Below are positions 17,889-27,183 of a stretch of 64,000 nt of DNA, in pieces. The DNA lies in the NCBI GenBank assembly GCA_049296775.1, contig JBAQTB010000003.1, forward strand, positions 140,766 through 204,765, in the 5' to 3' direction. How positions within the stretch are numbered: position 1 is the stretch's first letter; each line of letters opens with the position of its first letter. Under the pieces are notes generated by a model that saw nothing but the letters and a program-made list of their open reading frames with translations, ran no database searches and was not told the DNA's origin. Position numbers and translations under genes: made by a program. Source of the DNA: Patescibacteria group bacterium. GTDB lineage: Bacteria > Patescibacteriota > Patescibacteriia > UBA9934.

Positions 17889-18491
17889 TCAGGAGGAAGG
17901 GTTGGCGATCTCACGAATGATCTGGGAAAGCACATTCACAGTCACGCCGAGGTAGTCGGCTAGGTGACCAAGTTCGTCCTGGTCCGGATCAGCGACACTG
18001 CCATTCAAGAGCAGTCGTAGCTTGCTTGGTCCCAGGTCTGATCCAGCATGAGAGATGTACAGCTCTCTCAGATTGTTGTGATCGGGGATTTCTTGCAGGT
18101 AGGCCAGGACCGGGGTGTTGAGGTTGGGTCGGCCTGGAAAGTGGAAGGTAATATCGATCTTTGGGGAGGGGTTGGCGATCTCTCTGATGATCTTAGTGAG
18201 TACATTCACAGTCACGCCTAGGTAGTCGGCTAGGTGACCAAGTTCGTCCTGGTCCAGGTACGCGACGTTACCGTCTAACAGTAGGCGTAACTTTTTTGGT
18301 CCCAGGTCTGATCCAGCATGAGAGATGTACAGCTCTCTCAGATTGTTGTGATCGGGGATTTCTTGCAGGTAGGCCAGGACCGGGGTGTTGAGGTTGGGTC
18401 GGCCTGGGAAATTGGTGGTGATGTCGATTTTTCTAGGCGGTGGTTTTTCCTGTCTTTTACCTTCGTGATCGTCATCTCGTTTACGTTTCAT
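17889..18491 (-). CDS. Hypothetical protein with two near-identical tandem ~90-aa repeats, each resembling an XRE-type HTH
   Basis: Repeat units '...FPGRPNLNTPVLAYLQEIPDHNNLRELYISHAGSDLGP.KLRLLL.G.VA..DQDELGHLADYLGVTVNVL..IIREIANPS' occur twice; the tail 'DELGHLADYLGVTVNVL' resembles the end of HTH_XRE domains. Confidence 0.5.
   Translation of the reverse strand: MKRKRDDDHEGKRQEKPPPRKIDITTNFPGRPNLNTPVLAYLQEIPDHNNLRELYISHAGSDLGPKKLRLLLDGNVAYLDQDELGHLADYLGVTVNVLTKIIREIANPSPKIDITFHFPGRPNLNTPVLAYLQEIPDHNNLRELYISHAGSDLGPSKLRLLLNGSVADPDQDELGHLADYLGVTVNVLSQIIREIANPSS
17897..18436. repeat. Intragenic tandem direct repeat, 2 x ~270 bp
   Basis: A 110-nt block (ggtcccaggtctgatccagcatgagag...gggtcggcctgg) is identical at 18028-18137 and 18298-18407; flanking parts of each unit are more diverged. 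Confidence 0.8.
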
Positions 18492-18557
18492 TTGAATCTC
18501 CCTGTTCCATTTGTTAGCAATGGAAGACTAAGATTAGCAGATTTATCAACTAAAGTC

Positions 18558-18597
18558 AAAAAAAAGACACGCCGTCGTCTTGTGTGACGACGGCGTA
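18558..18597 (-). terminator. Rho-independent terminator oriented on the minus strand
   Basis: acgccgtcgtc-ttgtgtg-gacgacggcgt hairpin (11-bp stem); on the minus strand it is followed by tctttttttt. Confidence 0.5.
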
Positions 18598-18644
18598 CGG
18601 GTCGAAGGAGCGTAGCTAAGATCTATCCCAGAAGTACACTAATC

Positions 18645-18679
18645 TTTTACGACGCAAGCAGCTAACGCATTTTTCATCC
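18645..18679 (+). repeat. 35-bp direct repeat, copy 2 (ttttacgacgcaagcagctaacgcatttttcatcc)
   Basis: See copy 1 at 16885-16919. Confidence 0.7.
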
Positions 18680-18793
18680 GGCAGGCATGTACGTCGATGA
18701 TCGTTAAACGACATTGAAGGGAGGGGGCAGAGACCCTTCGTAACCTCAGGGTGGCGATTGGCAGTATAGCGATGTCGAGTGTGTTGGCGGGCG

Positions 18794-18832
18794 TTGACGA
18801 TAAATACAACTAAATTCTAAAATCCAAAGTCT
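18794..18832 (+). promoter_or_regulatory. Candidate promoter plus shared 17-nt leader motif TCTAAAATCCAAAGTCT upstream of the helicase gene
   Basis: TTGACG (18794-18799), 18-nt spacer, TAAAAT (18818-18823); the 17-mer recurs at 39239-39255 upstream of clpB with 16/17 identity. Confidence 0.35.
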
Positions 18833-18876
18833 AAGATCTTTCCTTAGTCCTCTGCAGACGGTACACTTCCCGTACT

Positions 18877-21798
18877 ATGGTTGAATCGGAATTATTGAAG
18901 GATTTGAATCCTGAGCAGAAAACGGCGGTTATTCATGGCGAAGGGCCGCTCATGATTGTGGCGGGGGCTGGAACGGGTAAGACGACGGTGATTACCCGGA
19001 GAATTGCTTGGTTGATCGAGCAAGGTATGGCCCGACCGGAGGAGATTTTGGCGTTGACGTTTACGGAAAAGGCGGCAACGGAAATGGAGGAACGGGTGGA
19101 TAGGCTGTTGCCCATGGGCTATATCGATTTATCAATTTCGACCTTTCACGCTTTTTGCGAAAAGGTTTTACGCACTCACGGCCTGCATATTGGCTTGCCA
19201 CAAGATTTCAAGATCGCTACTGACGTTGATAGTTGGTTGTTGATGCGCCGGAACTTGGACAAATTTAACTTGGAGTATTTTAAGCCGCGCGGTAATCCAT
19301 CCAAGTTTTTGCGCTCGATGATGCAACATTTTTCTAGAGCTAAGGACGAAGGTATTACGCCGGAGCAATATGCCGCATGGGTGACCGAGCTTTTGAAGCG
19401 CGCTGGAGCTGATAAGCCTGAGGTACTGGCAGCGATGCCGGATGAGGACAAATTAGACTTGCAAAAATGGCAGGAGCTTTCGCATGCGTATACAACTTAC
19501 GAGCAATTGTTGGTCGATAAGGCGATGTTAGATTTTGGGAGTTTAATGGCTTATGTTTTGCGACTCTTCATTGAGAGGCCGAATATCCTGAAGGAATATC
19601 GAGAAAAGTTTAAGTACTTAGTGGTTGATGAATTCCAGGACACGAATACGATTCAGTATCGGTTGGTGAAACTGTTAGCCGAGCCGCGCCGGAATATTAC
19701 GGTCGTTGGTGACGATGATCAGGCGATTTACAAGTTTAGAGGAGCGGCGCTGGCGAATATCTTGTCGTTCCGCGAGGACTTCAACGAGGCGGTCAAGGTG
19801 GTGCTCACGAGTAATTACCGGAGTGGCAAAGCGATTTTGGACGGCGCGTACCGCTTAATTCAGCAAAATAATCCTCACAGGTTAGAGGTGACCGAAGGCT
19901 TGTCAAAATCATTGCGTTCTCACAGAGAGGGCGAGGGTTTTGTGAAGCATATTCATTGCGTGACGGTGGATGATGAGGTGGAGATGACGGTGAGGGAGAT
20001 TTTAGAATTAAAGAAGGGCGAAGATGTCGCCTGGAGCGATTTTTGTATTCTGGTGCGGGCCAACGACGCTTCAGAGCCATTCTTGGAAGCACTGGACAGG
20101 GCCGGAGTGCCGTATCGTTTCATGGCGATGTCGGGCCTATATACTCAGCCGATTATTCTGGATGCCTTGGCGTATATGCGTTTGGCTAGGTTGGCGTATG
20201 ACAGTCCGGCCGCGTACCGTATTTTGTCGCACCCTAGGCTTGGTATTGCCGAAAATGATCTGACGGCTCTCATGCTGTTTGTGAGGTTGAAAGGCTTGTC
20301 GATTGCGGAGGCCATGCAGCGGTGTGCCGAGGCGGCTGACGTGAGTGCGAACGCCCAGGCACAAATGGCTAAAATTTTGGAGAACGTTGTCGAAATTCGG
20401 AATAAAGCCAAACGCATTCCGGTGACGGAGTTGTTTGTGCATGTTTTGAAGAATACGGGTTTGTTGGGTGACGTGAATGGTTTTACCGAGGTGGAGCAGC
20501 AGGAGGTGTTTAAGCATTTAGAAGGTTTTTTGGCCCGACTCAAACGGTTTGCGGCTGCGAATGAAGACAAGGGTCTGGCGTCTTTCCTGGATGAGTTTGA
20601 AGCGGAGCGGGAGGCGGGCGAGGCCGGGTCGTTAAAGGCGGATACTGAGGCCGGGCCGGACGTGGTGAACATTATGACGGTGCATGGCGCCAAAGGACTG
20701 GAGTTCCGGTACGTGTTTGTGGTGAATTTGATTGAGCAACGTTTTCCGTCGGTCACAAGAAGCGAAGCTTTGCCGCTCCCAGCTGGTTTGGTGGCCGAGG
20801 CGTCTGCCGCTGATGATCATTTGTCAGAAGAACGACGTCTGTTTTATGTGGCCATGACTCGAGCTAAAGAAGGCTTGTTTTTGCTGTCAGCTGAGGATTA
20901 CGGTGGTAGCAGGAAGCGCAAAGTCTCACGATTTTTGACAGAGCTGGGTTTTTCCACGGCGCCAATTGGTTTACCGGGCCGGGATTTATTAGCGATTCCA
21001 GCACCAAGGATGAATGTGAGAACTGAGGTTTTACATGCGGTGCCGGACAGAATCAGTTTTTCTCAGATTGCAGCGTTTTCTACCTGTCCGATGCAGTACA
21101 AATACGCTCATATTTTGAAGGTGCCAACTTTCGGCAGGCATAGCTTGAGTTACGGTCGGTCAATGCACAATACTTTGCAGAAATTCTTGGAAGCCGTGCA
21201 AGTTGCACAAAAATTGCCCCAGAAAGATGTGTCGGTGGTACCTGGTTTGACGACGTTGCTAGAGTTGTACGAACAAAATTTCATTGATGAGTGGTATGAG
21301 TCAGAAGCGGAGCGAGACACGTATCGTGAACAGGGTCGGGAGTCAGTGCGTAAATTTCATGCTGAGATTGTGGCGGACACTCCCAAAGTTTTTGCGCTCG
21401 AATTAGGTTTTACCCTGAAGTTAGGTGAGGTTTTAGTGAAAGGTAGGATCGACCGGGTGGATGAGTTGGTTGACGGGTCGCTAGAGGTGGTCGATTATAA
21501 GACGGGTAATCCCAAAACAAAATTGGAGTGGGATGATAAGCGGCAGCTAGTTTTGTACGCTTTGGCTTTAGAGCAGTGTTTGCCGGAGCCTAGGCAAGTT
21601 AAGAAGCTGACTTATTACTACTTGAATACTAATCAAACGATTAGTTTTGAACCGACCGTGAAAGATCGAGAAAAATTGACGGACCAGATTTTGACCACCA
21701 TGGAACGAATTGCAAAAAGTGATTTTGCCCCAGAGCCTGATGTGATGAAATGTAAGTACTGTGATTTTAAGGACATCTGTCCAGCGGCTAAATTTTAG
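18877..21798 (+). CDS. UvrD/PcrA-family ATP-dependent DNA helicase fused to a C-terminal Cas4/RecB-like PD-(D/E)xK nuclease domain with a Cys cluster
   Basis: Walker A 'AGAGTGKTTVIT', 'VVDEFQDTN', 'TVHGAKGLEF', 'LFYVAMTRAKE'; C-terminal 'RIDRVDEL..VVDYKTG' plus 'STCP...CKYCDFKDIC'. Confidence 0.85.
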   Translation: MVESELLKDLNPEQKTAVIHGEGPLMIVAGAGTGKTTVITRRIAWLIEQGMARPEEILALTFTEKAATEMEERVDRLLPMGYIDLSISTFHAFCEKVLRTHGLHIGLPQDFKIATDVDSWLLMRRNLDKFNLEYFKPRGNPSKFLRSMMQHFSRAKDEGITPEQYAAWVTELLKRAGADKPEVLAAMPDEDKLDLQKWQELSHAYTTYEQLLVDKAMLDFGSLMAYVLRLFIERPNILKEYREKFKYLVVDEFQDTNTIQYRLVKLLAEPRRNITVVGDDDQAIYKFRGAALANILSFREDFNEAVKVVLTSNYRSGKAILDGAYRLIQQNNPHRLEVTEGLSKSLRSHREGEGFVKHIHCVTVDDEVEMTVREILELKKGEDVAWSDFCILVRANDASEPFLEALDRAGVPYRFMAMSGLYTQPIILDALAYMRLARLAYDSPAAYRILSHPRLGIAENDLTALMLFVRLKGLSIAEAMQRCAEAADVSANAQAQMAKILENVVEIRNKAKRIPVTELFVHVLKNTGLLGDVNGFTEVEQQEVFKHLEGFLARLKRFAAANEDKGLASFLDEFEAEREAGEAGSLKADTEAGPDVVNIMTVHGAKGLEFRYVFVVNLIEQRFPSVTRSEALPLPAGLVAEASAADDHLSEERRLFYVAMTRAKEGLFLLSAEDYGGSRKRKVSRFLTELGFSTAPIGLPGRDLLAIPAPRMNVRTEVLHAVPDRISFSQIAAFSTCPMQYKYAHILKVPTFGRHSLSYGRSMHNTLQKFLEAVQVAQKLPQKDVSVVPGLTTLLELYEQNFIDEWYESEAERDTYREQGRESVRKFHAEIVADTPKVFALELGFTLKLGEVLVKGRIDRVDELVDGSLEVVDYKTGNPKTKLEWDDKRQLVLYALALEQCLPEPRQVKKLTYYYLNTNQTISFEPTVKDREKLTDQILTTMERIAKSDFAPEPDVMKCKYCDFKDICPAAKF

Positions 21799-21800
21799 GT

Positions 21801-22154
21801 ATGCGTGATCATAAATTATCTTCATTAGGCAATTTGTTGGGGGGCGCTTTGTCCAGATACGGCATTGGCGAGCGGGTGGTGGCCGCGCAAATTGTAGCGA
21901 GTGCGAATGAACTGCTGGATGAATTACTTCCGCCAGGACATCGATTAGAGGTGCAGGTGGTGAGTTTTAAGTTGGGCGAGCTGGTACTCATGTGTAAGTC
22001 GCCAACCGTGAAATACGTAGCGGAGGGCATGACGAAGCAGTTGGGCAGACGGCTAGAGGAGCGGTTTCCAGATCAAACGTTTAAAAAAATCGTGTGTATT
22101 TTTAAGCCCTTTAAAGCAACAGACGACGAGTGGTACAATACGGAAGCTGTATGA
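21801..22154 (+). CDS. DUF721 (DciA-like) domain protein
   Basis: 117 aa; 'VAAQIVASANELL..GHRLEVQVVSFKLGELVLMCKSPTVKYVAEGMTKQL' fits the DUF721 pattern. Confidence 0.45.
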   Translation: MRDHKLSSLGNLLGGALSRYGIGERVVAAQIVASANELLDELLPPGHRLEVQVVSFKLGELVLMCKSPTVKYVAEGMTKQLGRRLEERFPDQTFKKIVCIFKPFKATDDEWYNTEAV

Positions 22155-22555
22155 ACTTACGTCAGTATTTAGTTGTCATGGCCATTGGTACTGCGGCCGC
22201 GCTGTCTGCGTGGTGCATTGTTTTGATCGCCATGAATCCGTTAACGTCTGGAGCCGTGGTTTTGGTAGCCTTTTTCCTAATGTTATCCTTGGGCTTGGCG
22301 GGTCTGTTTAGTATTCTTGGCATGTTGGTGCGGACTTATCGTTTCCCAAAGCGGGATATTGGCGGCATCGTGAAACGTTCTCTCCGACAATCGATATTTT
22401 TAACTGTGCTGTTAGTTGGCTCGTTGTATTTAATGACACAGGGGATGTTTTCGACTTTGACACTGTTTATTGCCGTTCTAGCGTTGGGCTTTTTGGAATT
22501 TTTCTTTTTAGTGTCCAGTAAAGATGAGTTAGAGGTTGAGGATGCGGCTGAATAG
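22151..22555 (+). CDS. Hypothetical polytopic membrane protein
   Basis: Four predicted hydrophobic helices; in-frame ATG at 22151 preferred to avoid overlap with the upstream gene. Confidence 0.4.
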   Translation: MNLRQYLVVMAIGTAAALSAWCIVLIAMNPLTSGAVVLVAFFLMLSLGLAGLFSILGMLVRTYRFPKRDIGGIVKRSLRQSIFLTVLLVGSLYLMTQGMFSTLTLFIAVLALGFLEFFFLVSSKDELEVEDAAE

Positions 22556-22615
22556 GGTGGATAGACAGCCTTGAGGTAGTTAGTGGGCTATGGTTCAATG
22601 CCACGGTAATGTCGT

Positions 22616-23674
22616 ATGTTGAATCGTTTTTTGGGTCAATTTTCTAAGGATGTGGCTATTGATTTAGGCACAGCCAATACTCGTGTCTATGTCAAAGAGC
22701 GGGGTATTGTGATGCATGAACCGTCGATTGTGGCGGTGAATACCCGAACGAACCAGATTTTGGCGGTTGGGACAGCGGCTAAAGACATGCTCGGGAAAAC
22801 TCCCCCGCATATTGTGACCACCAAACCCCTCATGAAAGGGGTAATTTCTGATTTTGAGGTGGCGGAGAAGATGTTGAAGTATTTCGTGGACAAAATCCAT
22901 GAGGACGCTTTTACGTTGGTGCCCCGGCCCCGCATTATTATGACCGTGCCGCTGGAAATTACGGAGGTAGAGCGTAAAGCAGTGGAGGACGCGGCGTTAT
23001 CGGCTGGTGCCCGTGAAGTCTTCTTGGTAGAAGCCCCGCTAGCGGCCGCCATTGGTGCCGGCTTACCGGTTGAGGAGTCTATCGGCAGCATGATCGTGGA
23101 TATTGGGGCCGGAACCACGGAAATTGCGGTGATTGCCCTGGGCGGGATTGTGACCTGGAAGTCTTTGGTCACAGCCGGTGAAGAAATTACCAAAAACATC
23201 ACGCAATACGCTAGAGACATTTTCAATTTGCTCATTGGTGAACGGGTGGCTGAAGACGTGAAGTGTAGAATCGGTAGTACGGTGGATTTGGGCCAGGCGT
23301 TAGAGATCGAAATGCGTGGGCGTTATCTTCTGACCGGCTTGCCACGTCAGGTTGTAGTCCACGACGGGCAGATTCGTGAAGCTATTTATAGATCCGTGCA
23401 AACGATTGTCGAAAACATCAAAGCGACCATTGAAGTGACTCCCCCTGAACTCGTCGCCGACATTTACGAGCGCGGGATCGTCTTAACCGGCGGTGGGGCT
23501 TTATTGAGAGGGATCGAACGGACGATCTCCAGAGAAACAGAAATCCCTGTCAGAGTGGCGGAGGATCCCTTAACATCTGTTGTGAGAGGCGCAGGCATGT
23601 TGCTAGATAATGAGGCGCTCTTAAAAGATATCGCCTTGCCGAGTACGGGGTCAGATAGTCATTTCATGCGTTAA
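22616..23674 (+). CDS. mreB: Rod shape-determining protein MreB
   Basis: 'DLGTANTRVYVKERGIVMHEPSIVAV', 'GGGALLRG'; 352 aa actin-fold protein. Confidence 0.9.
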   Translation: MLNRFLGQFSKDVAIDLGTANTRVYVKERGIVMHEPSIVAVNTRTNQILAVGTAAKDMLGKTPPHIVTTKPLMKGVISDFEVAEKMLKYFVDKIHEDAFTLVPRPRIIMTVPLEITEVERKAVEDAALSAGAREVFLVEAPLAAAIGAGLPVEESIGSMIVDIGAGTTEIAVIALGGIVTWKSLVTAGEEITKNITQYARDIFNLLIGERVAEDVKCRIGSTVDLGQALEIEMRGRYLLTGLPRQVVVHDGQIREAIYRSVQTIVENIKATIEVTPPELVADIYERGIVLTGGGALLRGIERTISRETEIPVRVAEDPLTSVVRGAGMLLDNEALLKDIALPSTGSDSHFMR

Positions 23675-23676
23675 TC

Positions 23677-24492
23677 ATGGTTAAGCCCAGGCAGACATCG
23701 GACGCGGTACGTAAGGCTACACAAGGCGTGGGCGTTTTTTTGGCGGTGGTGGTTGGTTTCTGGCTACTCATAAAGATCCCGGTTTTTTCTAAAATGTTTG
23801 AACGGGTGGAGGCTGGTGTGGTTAGAGTTGGGACCGGCGTAGGGAAGGGGGTTTCTAGAATTACCGCGTCTGAACAATCCGTGGTGACAAAATTTGCGGC
23901 TTGTCAGACTAACGAACGCCTCTTAGCGATTGACGCGGCGGCCTTTGACGCGGTGCAGCGTGAAGTTAACGAATTACGCGGCTTGTTGGCGTATACGGAG
24001 CGGACCGGTGCCGACGGTCTGGTGGCGGACGTGATGGCGCGCGCCGTGGATAATGACTCTACCCGCGTCTTGGTAGACAAAGGCGCAGTAGATGGGGTTA
24101 TGAAAGGCTCTGCAGCAGTGATTGATAACGGTGTACTGTTCGGCTTAGTCGAGGATGTGCGTGAAACTACGTCAGTGGTGCGGTTAGTCTCTAATGCCGC
24201 GAGCAATATCCCGGCGGCTGTCTTGGGCAAAACAAGAACGATCGGTTTGATAGAGGGTCGGGAAGGAGCCGTTTTATCCATGGACTTTATTCCTCAGGAT
24301 GCGGAGCTTGGAAGCGGTAACTTAGTGGTGACTAGTGGTTTGGACGGACAGGTGGCGGCTGGCCTAATCATTGGTTTAGTAACTGAAGTTGTGTCTGTAG
24401 AGAGCGCGCCGTTTCAGCAAGCTTTTGTGGAGTTGCTGTACGAGCCAAGAGAGTGGACGACACTCATGATTCTGCCTCCCCCAGGTTTATGA
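23677..24492 (+). CDS. mreC: Rod shape-determining protein MreC
   Basis: N-terminal TM, coiled-coil segment, C-terminal 'GNLVVTSGLDGQ' beta domain; immediately follows mreB. Confidence 0.8.
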   Translation: MVKPRQTSDAVRKATQGVGVFLAVVVGFWLLIKIPVFSKMFERVEAGVVRVGTGVGKGVSRITASEQSVVTKFAACQTNERLLAIDAAAFDAVQREVNELRGLLAYTERTGADGLVADVMARAVDNDSTRVLVDKGAVDGVMKGSAAVIDNGVLFGLVEDVRETTSVVRLVSNAASNIPAAVLGKTRTIGLIEGREGAVLSMDFIPQDAELGSGNLVVTSGLDGQVAAGLIIGLVTEVVSVESAPFQQAFVELLYEPREWTTLMILPPPGL

Positions 24493-25028
24493 TCATGAAC
24501 TTGCTGTATGGCTTGGGGTTTATTCTGGTTTTGACTTTGCAGACTGGAGCCGTGGCGTCCTTGCCGGAGCCGTGGCGCTTTTTCCCACTCGGCTTGATTG
24601 TTGGCGTGGTCTTACTGCATGAGCGTTCCGTAGTTTTAGGTGCGGTGTGGTTGAGTATGTTTGGTTTGGTTTTGGAAGTGCGGGGTTTGGGGGCTGGCTT
24701 AGGTTTTGCGGGCGTGTGTTCAGCCGCCATTGCATCAGCATTAGTGATTGGCGTGTTTGCTAAGCGCTCATTCTGGGCTTTGCTTAGTGTCGCTGGCATC
24801 ACTGCTATTACTTTTGTGTTGGCTAGGTTAGTGTGGCTAGGGGGTTTGTCGATTTTGACCGAGCAGACTTTTGGCTTAGGTGAATTGTTCAAGCAAGGTT
24901 TGTCCACGGTTTTAATGGCGATCATCGGCATTGTGATCTTCGGTGCGTATCTTCGTCGCTTAATCAAGTGGTCTCGTGATAAATTTGTTAGGAAGGGACA
25001 GCTGTATGATATTTCGCTTCCGCAATAA
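24489..25028 (+). CDS. mreD: Rod shape-determining protein MreD (putative)
   Basis: Hydrophobic multi-TM ~180-aa protein after mreC; ATGA start/stop overlap at 24489. Confidence 0.5.
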   Translation: MIMNLLYGLGFILVLTLQTGAVASLPEPWRFFPLGLIVGVVLLHERSVVLGAVWLSMFGLVLEVRGLGAGLGFAGVCSAAIASALVIGVFAKRSFWALLSVAGITAITFVLARLVWLGGLSILTEQTFGLGELFKQGLSTVLMAIIGIVIFGAYLRRLIKWSRDKFVRKGQLYDISLPQ

Positions 25029-25113
25029 ATCTGCTGAACCCAATGTTTTCGCCTGGTCAAATGACAGGTTAGATTGGAATTTGCAGGCTAATGGTGATGA
25101 GCAGGTGGAGATC

Positions 25114-26964
25114 ATGGCGCTAGGTCCAACCAGGCAGCGGACTAAGTGGGCGAGTATGAATTCACCGGTTTTGCTGCTCCGGTGGAGATTGGGGTTATTT
25201 TTTGTACTTTTAGCCTTTGGGTTATTAGCGGGTCGATCGGCGTATTTGCAGGTGGGTCAAGGCGGTTATTATCGGGGGATTGCTGACAGTAACCGTACAC
25301 GTACGATTGTGCTGCCGGCACATCGGGGCGTGATCAAGGATCGCAATGGTTTGGAGCTGGCGGAAAATATTCCGGACTTTAGGCTTTTGGTCTGGCCTAA
25401 AGATATTTCCGGTTGGCCAGAAGATGAATTGCCAGATACGGAAGTGGAACGAGCGGCGATCATTCGGGAGTCTGTGGGGGGCGTGGTGACGGAGATTGCT
25501 CAAAGATTAAATCTGTCGGCAACTGAGTTGTTATCGCGTTTAAATACCGCCAAACCGAGTGAGCAAGTTTTATTAGCTGAAAGTGTGAGCTATGAAGACG
25601 CTTTGTCTTTCTACGCCCAAATTCAGGATTACCCGGGTTTTGTTTTGGAGTTCGCGGAAAGACGCCAGTACTACACGAGCGCGATTCCAACTTTATCCCA
25701 TGTCCTTGGCTACACTGGCCCGGTGAATGACGCAGATTACGAAGAATTGCGCGCTGAGGGGTATCGACGTTTTGATAGCTTGGGAAAACAAGGGTTAGAG
25801 GCCTGGTACGAAACTGAATTGCGCGGTCAGTTTGGAGAAGAGGTGTTAGAAGTTAATGCGCAAGGTCAGGCGTTGCGCGTGGTTTCCAGGCGTGAGCCGG
25901 TAGATGGTACGGATATTACTTTGTCCCTCGACGCTCAGCTGCAAGCGTATATTGAGGTCGTGTTAGAGGAACATTTGAAGACTTTGCCAACACAGCGAGC
26001 GTCTGTAGTGGTCATGGAGCCTAAAACCGGTGAAATTTTAGCCCTGGTGTCAGAGCCTGGTTTTGATGCCAACCTCTTCACCAACGGGATTAGTTCGGCG
26101 GAATATTCCGCTTTGTTGAATGATCCAAATACACCGTTATTTCCTAGGGCCTTTGCCGGTGAGTATCCAGCTGGTTCCACGATTAAACCCATGTTTGCCG
26201 CGGCGGCTTTGGCGGACGGCATCATTACCCCACAAACTACGTTTCTATCGACTGGCGGCGTGATGCTGGGTAATCGCTTTTTCCCGGACTGGCGGCCTGG
26301 TGGTCATGGTGTGACGGACGTGTACCACGCTATTGCAGATTCAGTGAATACTTTTTTCTACCTGATTGGCGGCGGCAATGAAAGTTTCCCGGGTATGGGG
26401 CTAGAGAAGCTCATGACAGCGGCGTTGACCTTTGGTTTTGGTCAAAAAACTGGAGTTGACTTGCCGGGCGAGGCGGACGGTTTTTTGCCGTCTAAAGCCT
26501 GGAAGCAAGAAGCCAAGGGTGAGCCTTGGTACGTGGGAGATACGTACAACGTTTCCATTGGTCAGGGTGACTTCTTAGCTACGCCGGTGCAGGTTGCCAG
26601 GGCGACAGCTGTGTTTGCAAATGGTGGCAATTTAATTACACCGCATTTGGTGCAGGGGAGTGATCAGTCAAGCACGAATATTTTGGCAGATGAATATTTG
26701 CAGGTGGTGAGGCGCGGCATGCGGCAGACCATCACCGCTGGCAGTGCCAGATCTTTGCAATCTGTGCCGGTGACTGTGGCGGGTAAGACGGGTACAGCCC
26801 AGTGGTCCAGTACTAAGGCGCCGCATTCTTGGTTTACCGGTTTCGCACCTTTTGAGGAGCCGGAAATTGTGATCACGGTTCTAGTTGAGCAGGGGGGTGA
26901 TGAGACGGCGGCTTTGCCAATTACTCGAGATATTTTGACCTGGTACTTTGCTAATCATGAATAG
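25114..26964 (+). CDS. mrdA: Penicillin-binding protein 2 (class B transpeptidase)
   Basis: 'AGSTIKP' (SxxK), 'ADSVNT' (SxN), 'AGKTGTAQ' (KTG); start ambiguous (track ORF from 24976; in-frame ATGs at 25114 and 25156 precede the TM helix). Confidence 0.8.
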   Translation: MALGPTRQRTKWASMNSPVLLLRWRLGLFFVLLAFGLLAGRSAYLQVGQGGYYRGIADSNRTRTIVLPAHRGVIKDRNGLELAENIPDFRLLVWPKDISGWPEDELPDTEVERAAIIRESVGGVVTEIAQRLNLSATELLSRLNTAKPSEQVLLAESVSYEDALSFYAQIQDYPGFVLEFAERRQYYTSAIPTLSHVLGYTGPVNDADYEELRAEGYRRFDSLGKQGLEAWYETELRGQFGEEVLEVNAQGQALRVVSRREPVDGTDITLSLDAQLQAYIEVVLEEHLKTLPTQRASVVVMEPKTGEILALVSEPGFDANLFTNGISSAEYSALLNDPNTPLFPRAFAGEYPAGSTIKPMFAAAALADGIITPQTTFLSTGGVMLGNRFFPDWRPGGHGVTDVYHAIADSVNTFFYLIGGGNESFPGMGLEKLMTAALTFGFGQKTGVDLPGEADGFLPSKAWKQEAKGEPWYVGDTYNVSIGQGDFLATPVQVARATAVFANGGNLITPHLVQGSDQSSTNILADEYLQVVRRGMRQTITAGSARSLQSVPVTVAGKTGTAQWSSTKAPHSWFTGFAPFEEPEIVITVLVEQGGDETAALPITRDILTWYFANHE

Positions 26965-27148
26965 TCCTTATATGAATAATGAGCTATCGGGCCTGTGGAT
27001 TGAGGTTTCATTGAGGCGTTTCCAAACTGAGGTTGGTAAGAAGCTGTCTCGGCAAGTGGCCCAAACGGGTTCGGATGATTGGTGGTTTACGGAGAAAAGC
27101 GGTAGCTGGTGGGTGGACCGTACGCCACCTGACAGTGTTTGACGTTTA

Positions 27149-27176
27149 TCGATCGGACCAAAAACGTTCCGATCGG
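27149..27176. promoter_or_regulatory. Two copies of the 8-bp palindrome CCGATCGG/TCGATCGG just upstream of the wHTH gene (putative operator)
   Basis: tcgatcgg at 27149-27156 and ccgatcgg at 27169-27176; a third copy sits at 27719-27726 just past the stop codon. Confidence 0.4.
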
Positions 27177-27183
27177 CATACTT

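Noticed and set aside
17897-18436. Tandem repeats as a possible CRISPR array or minisatellite
   Set aside because: Only two units of 270 bp, in frame within a protein-coding ORF, with no spacer-like unique segments of CRISPR size.
20145-20756. Long antisense ORFs inside the helicase gene (203 aa and 126 aa); similar ones occur inside mreB (22687..23235), clpB (39716..40231, 40787..41224) and the antiporter genes
   Set aside because: These are shadow ORFs on the opposite strand of confidently identified genes, with no independent support.
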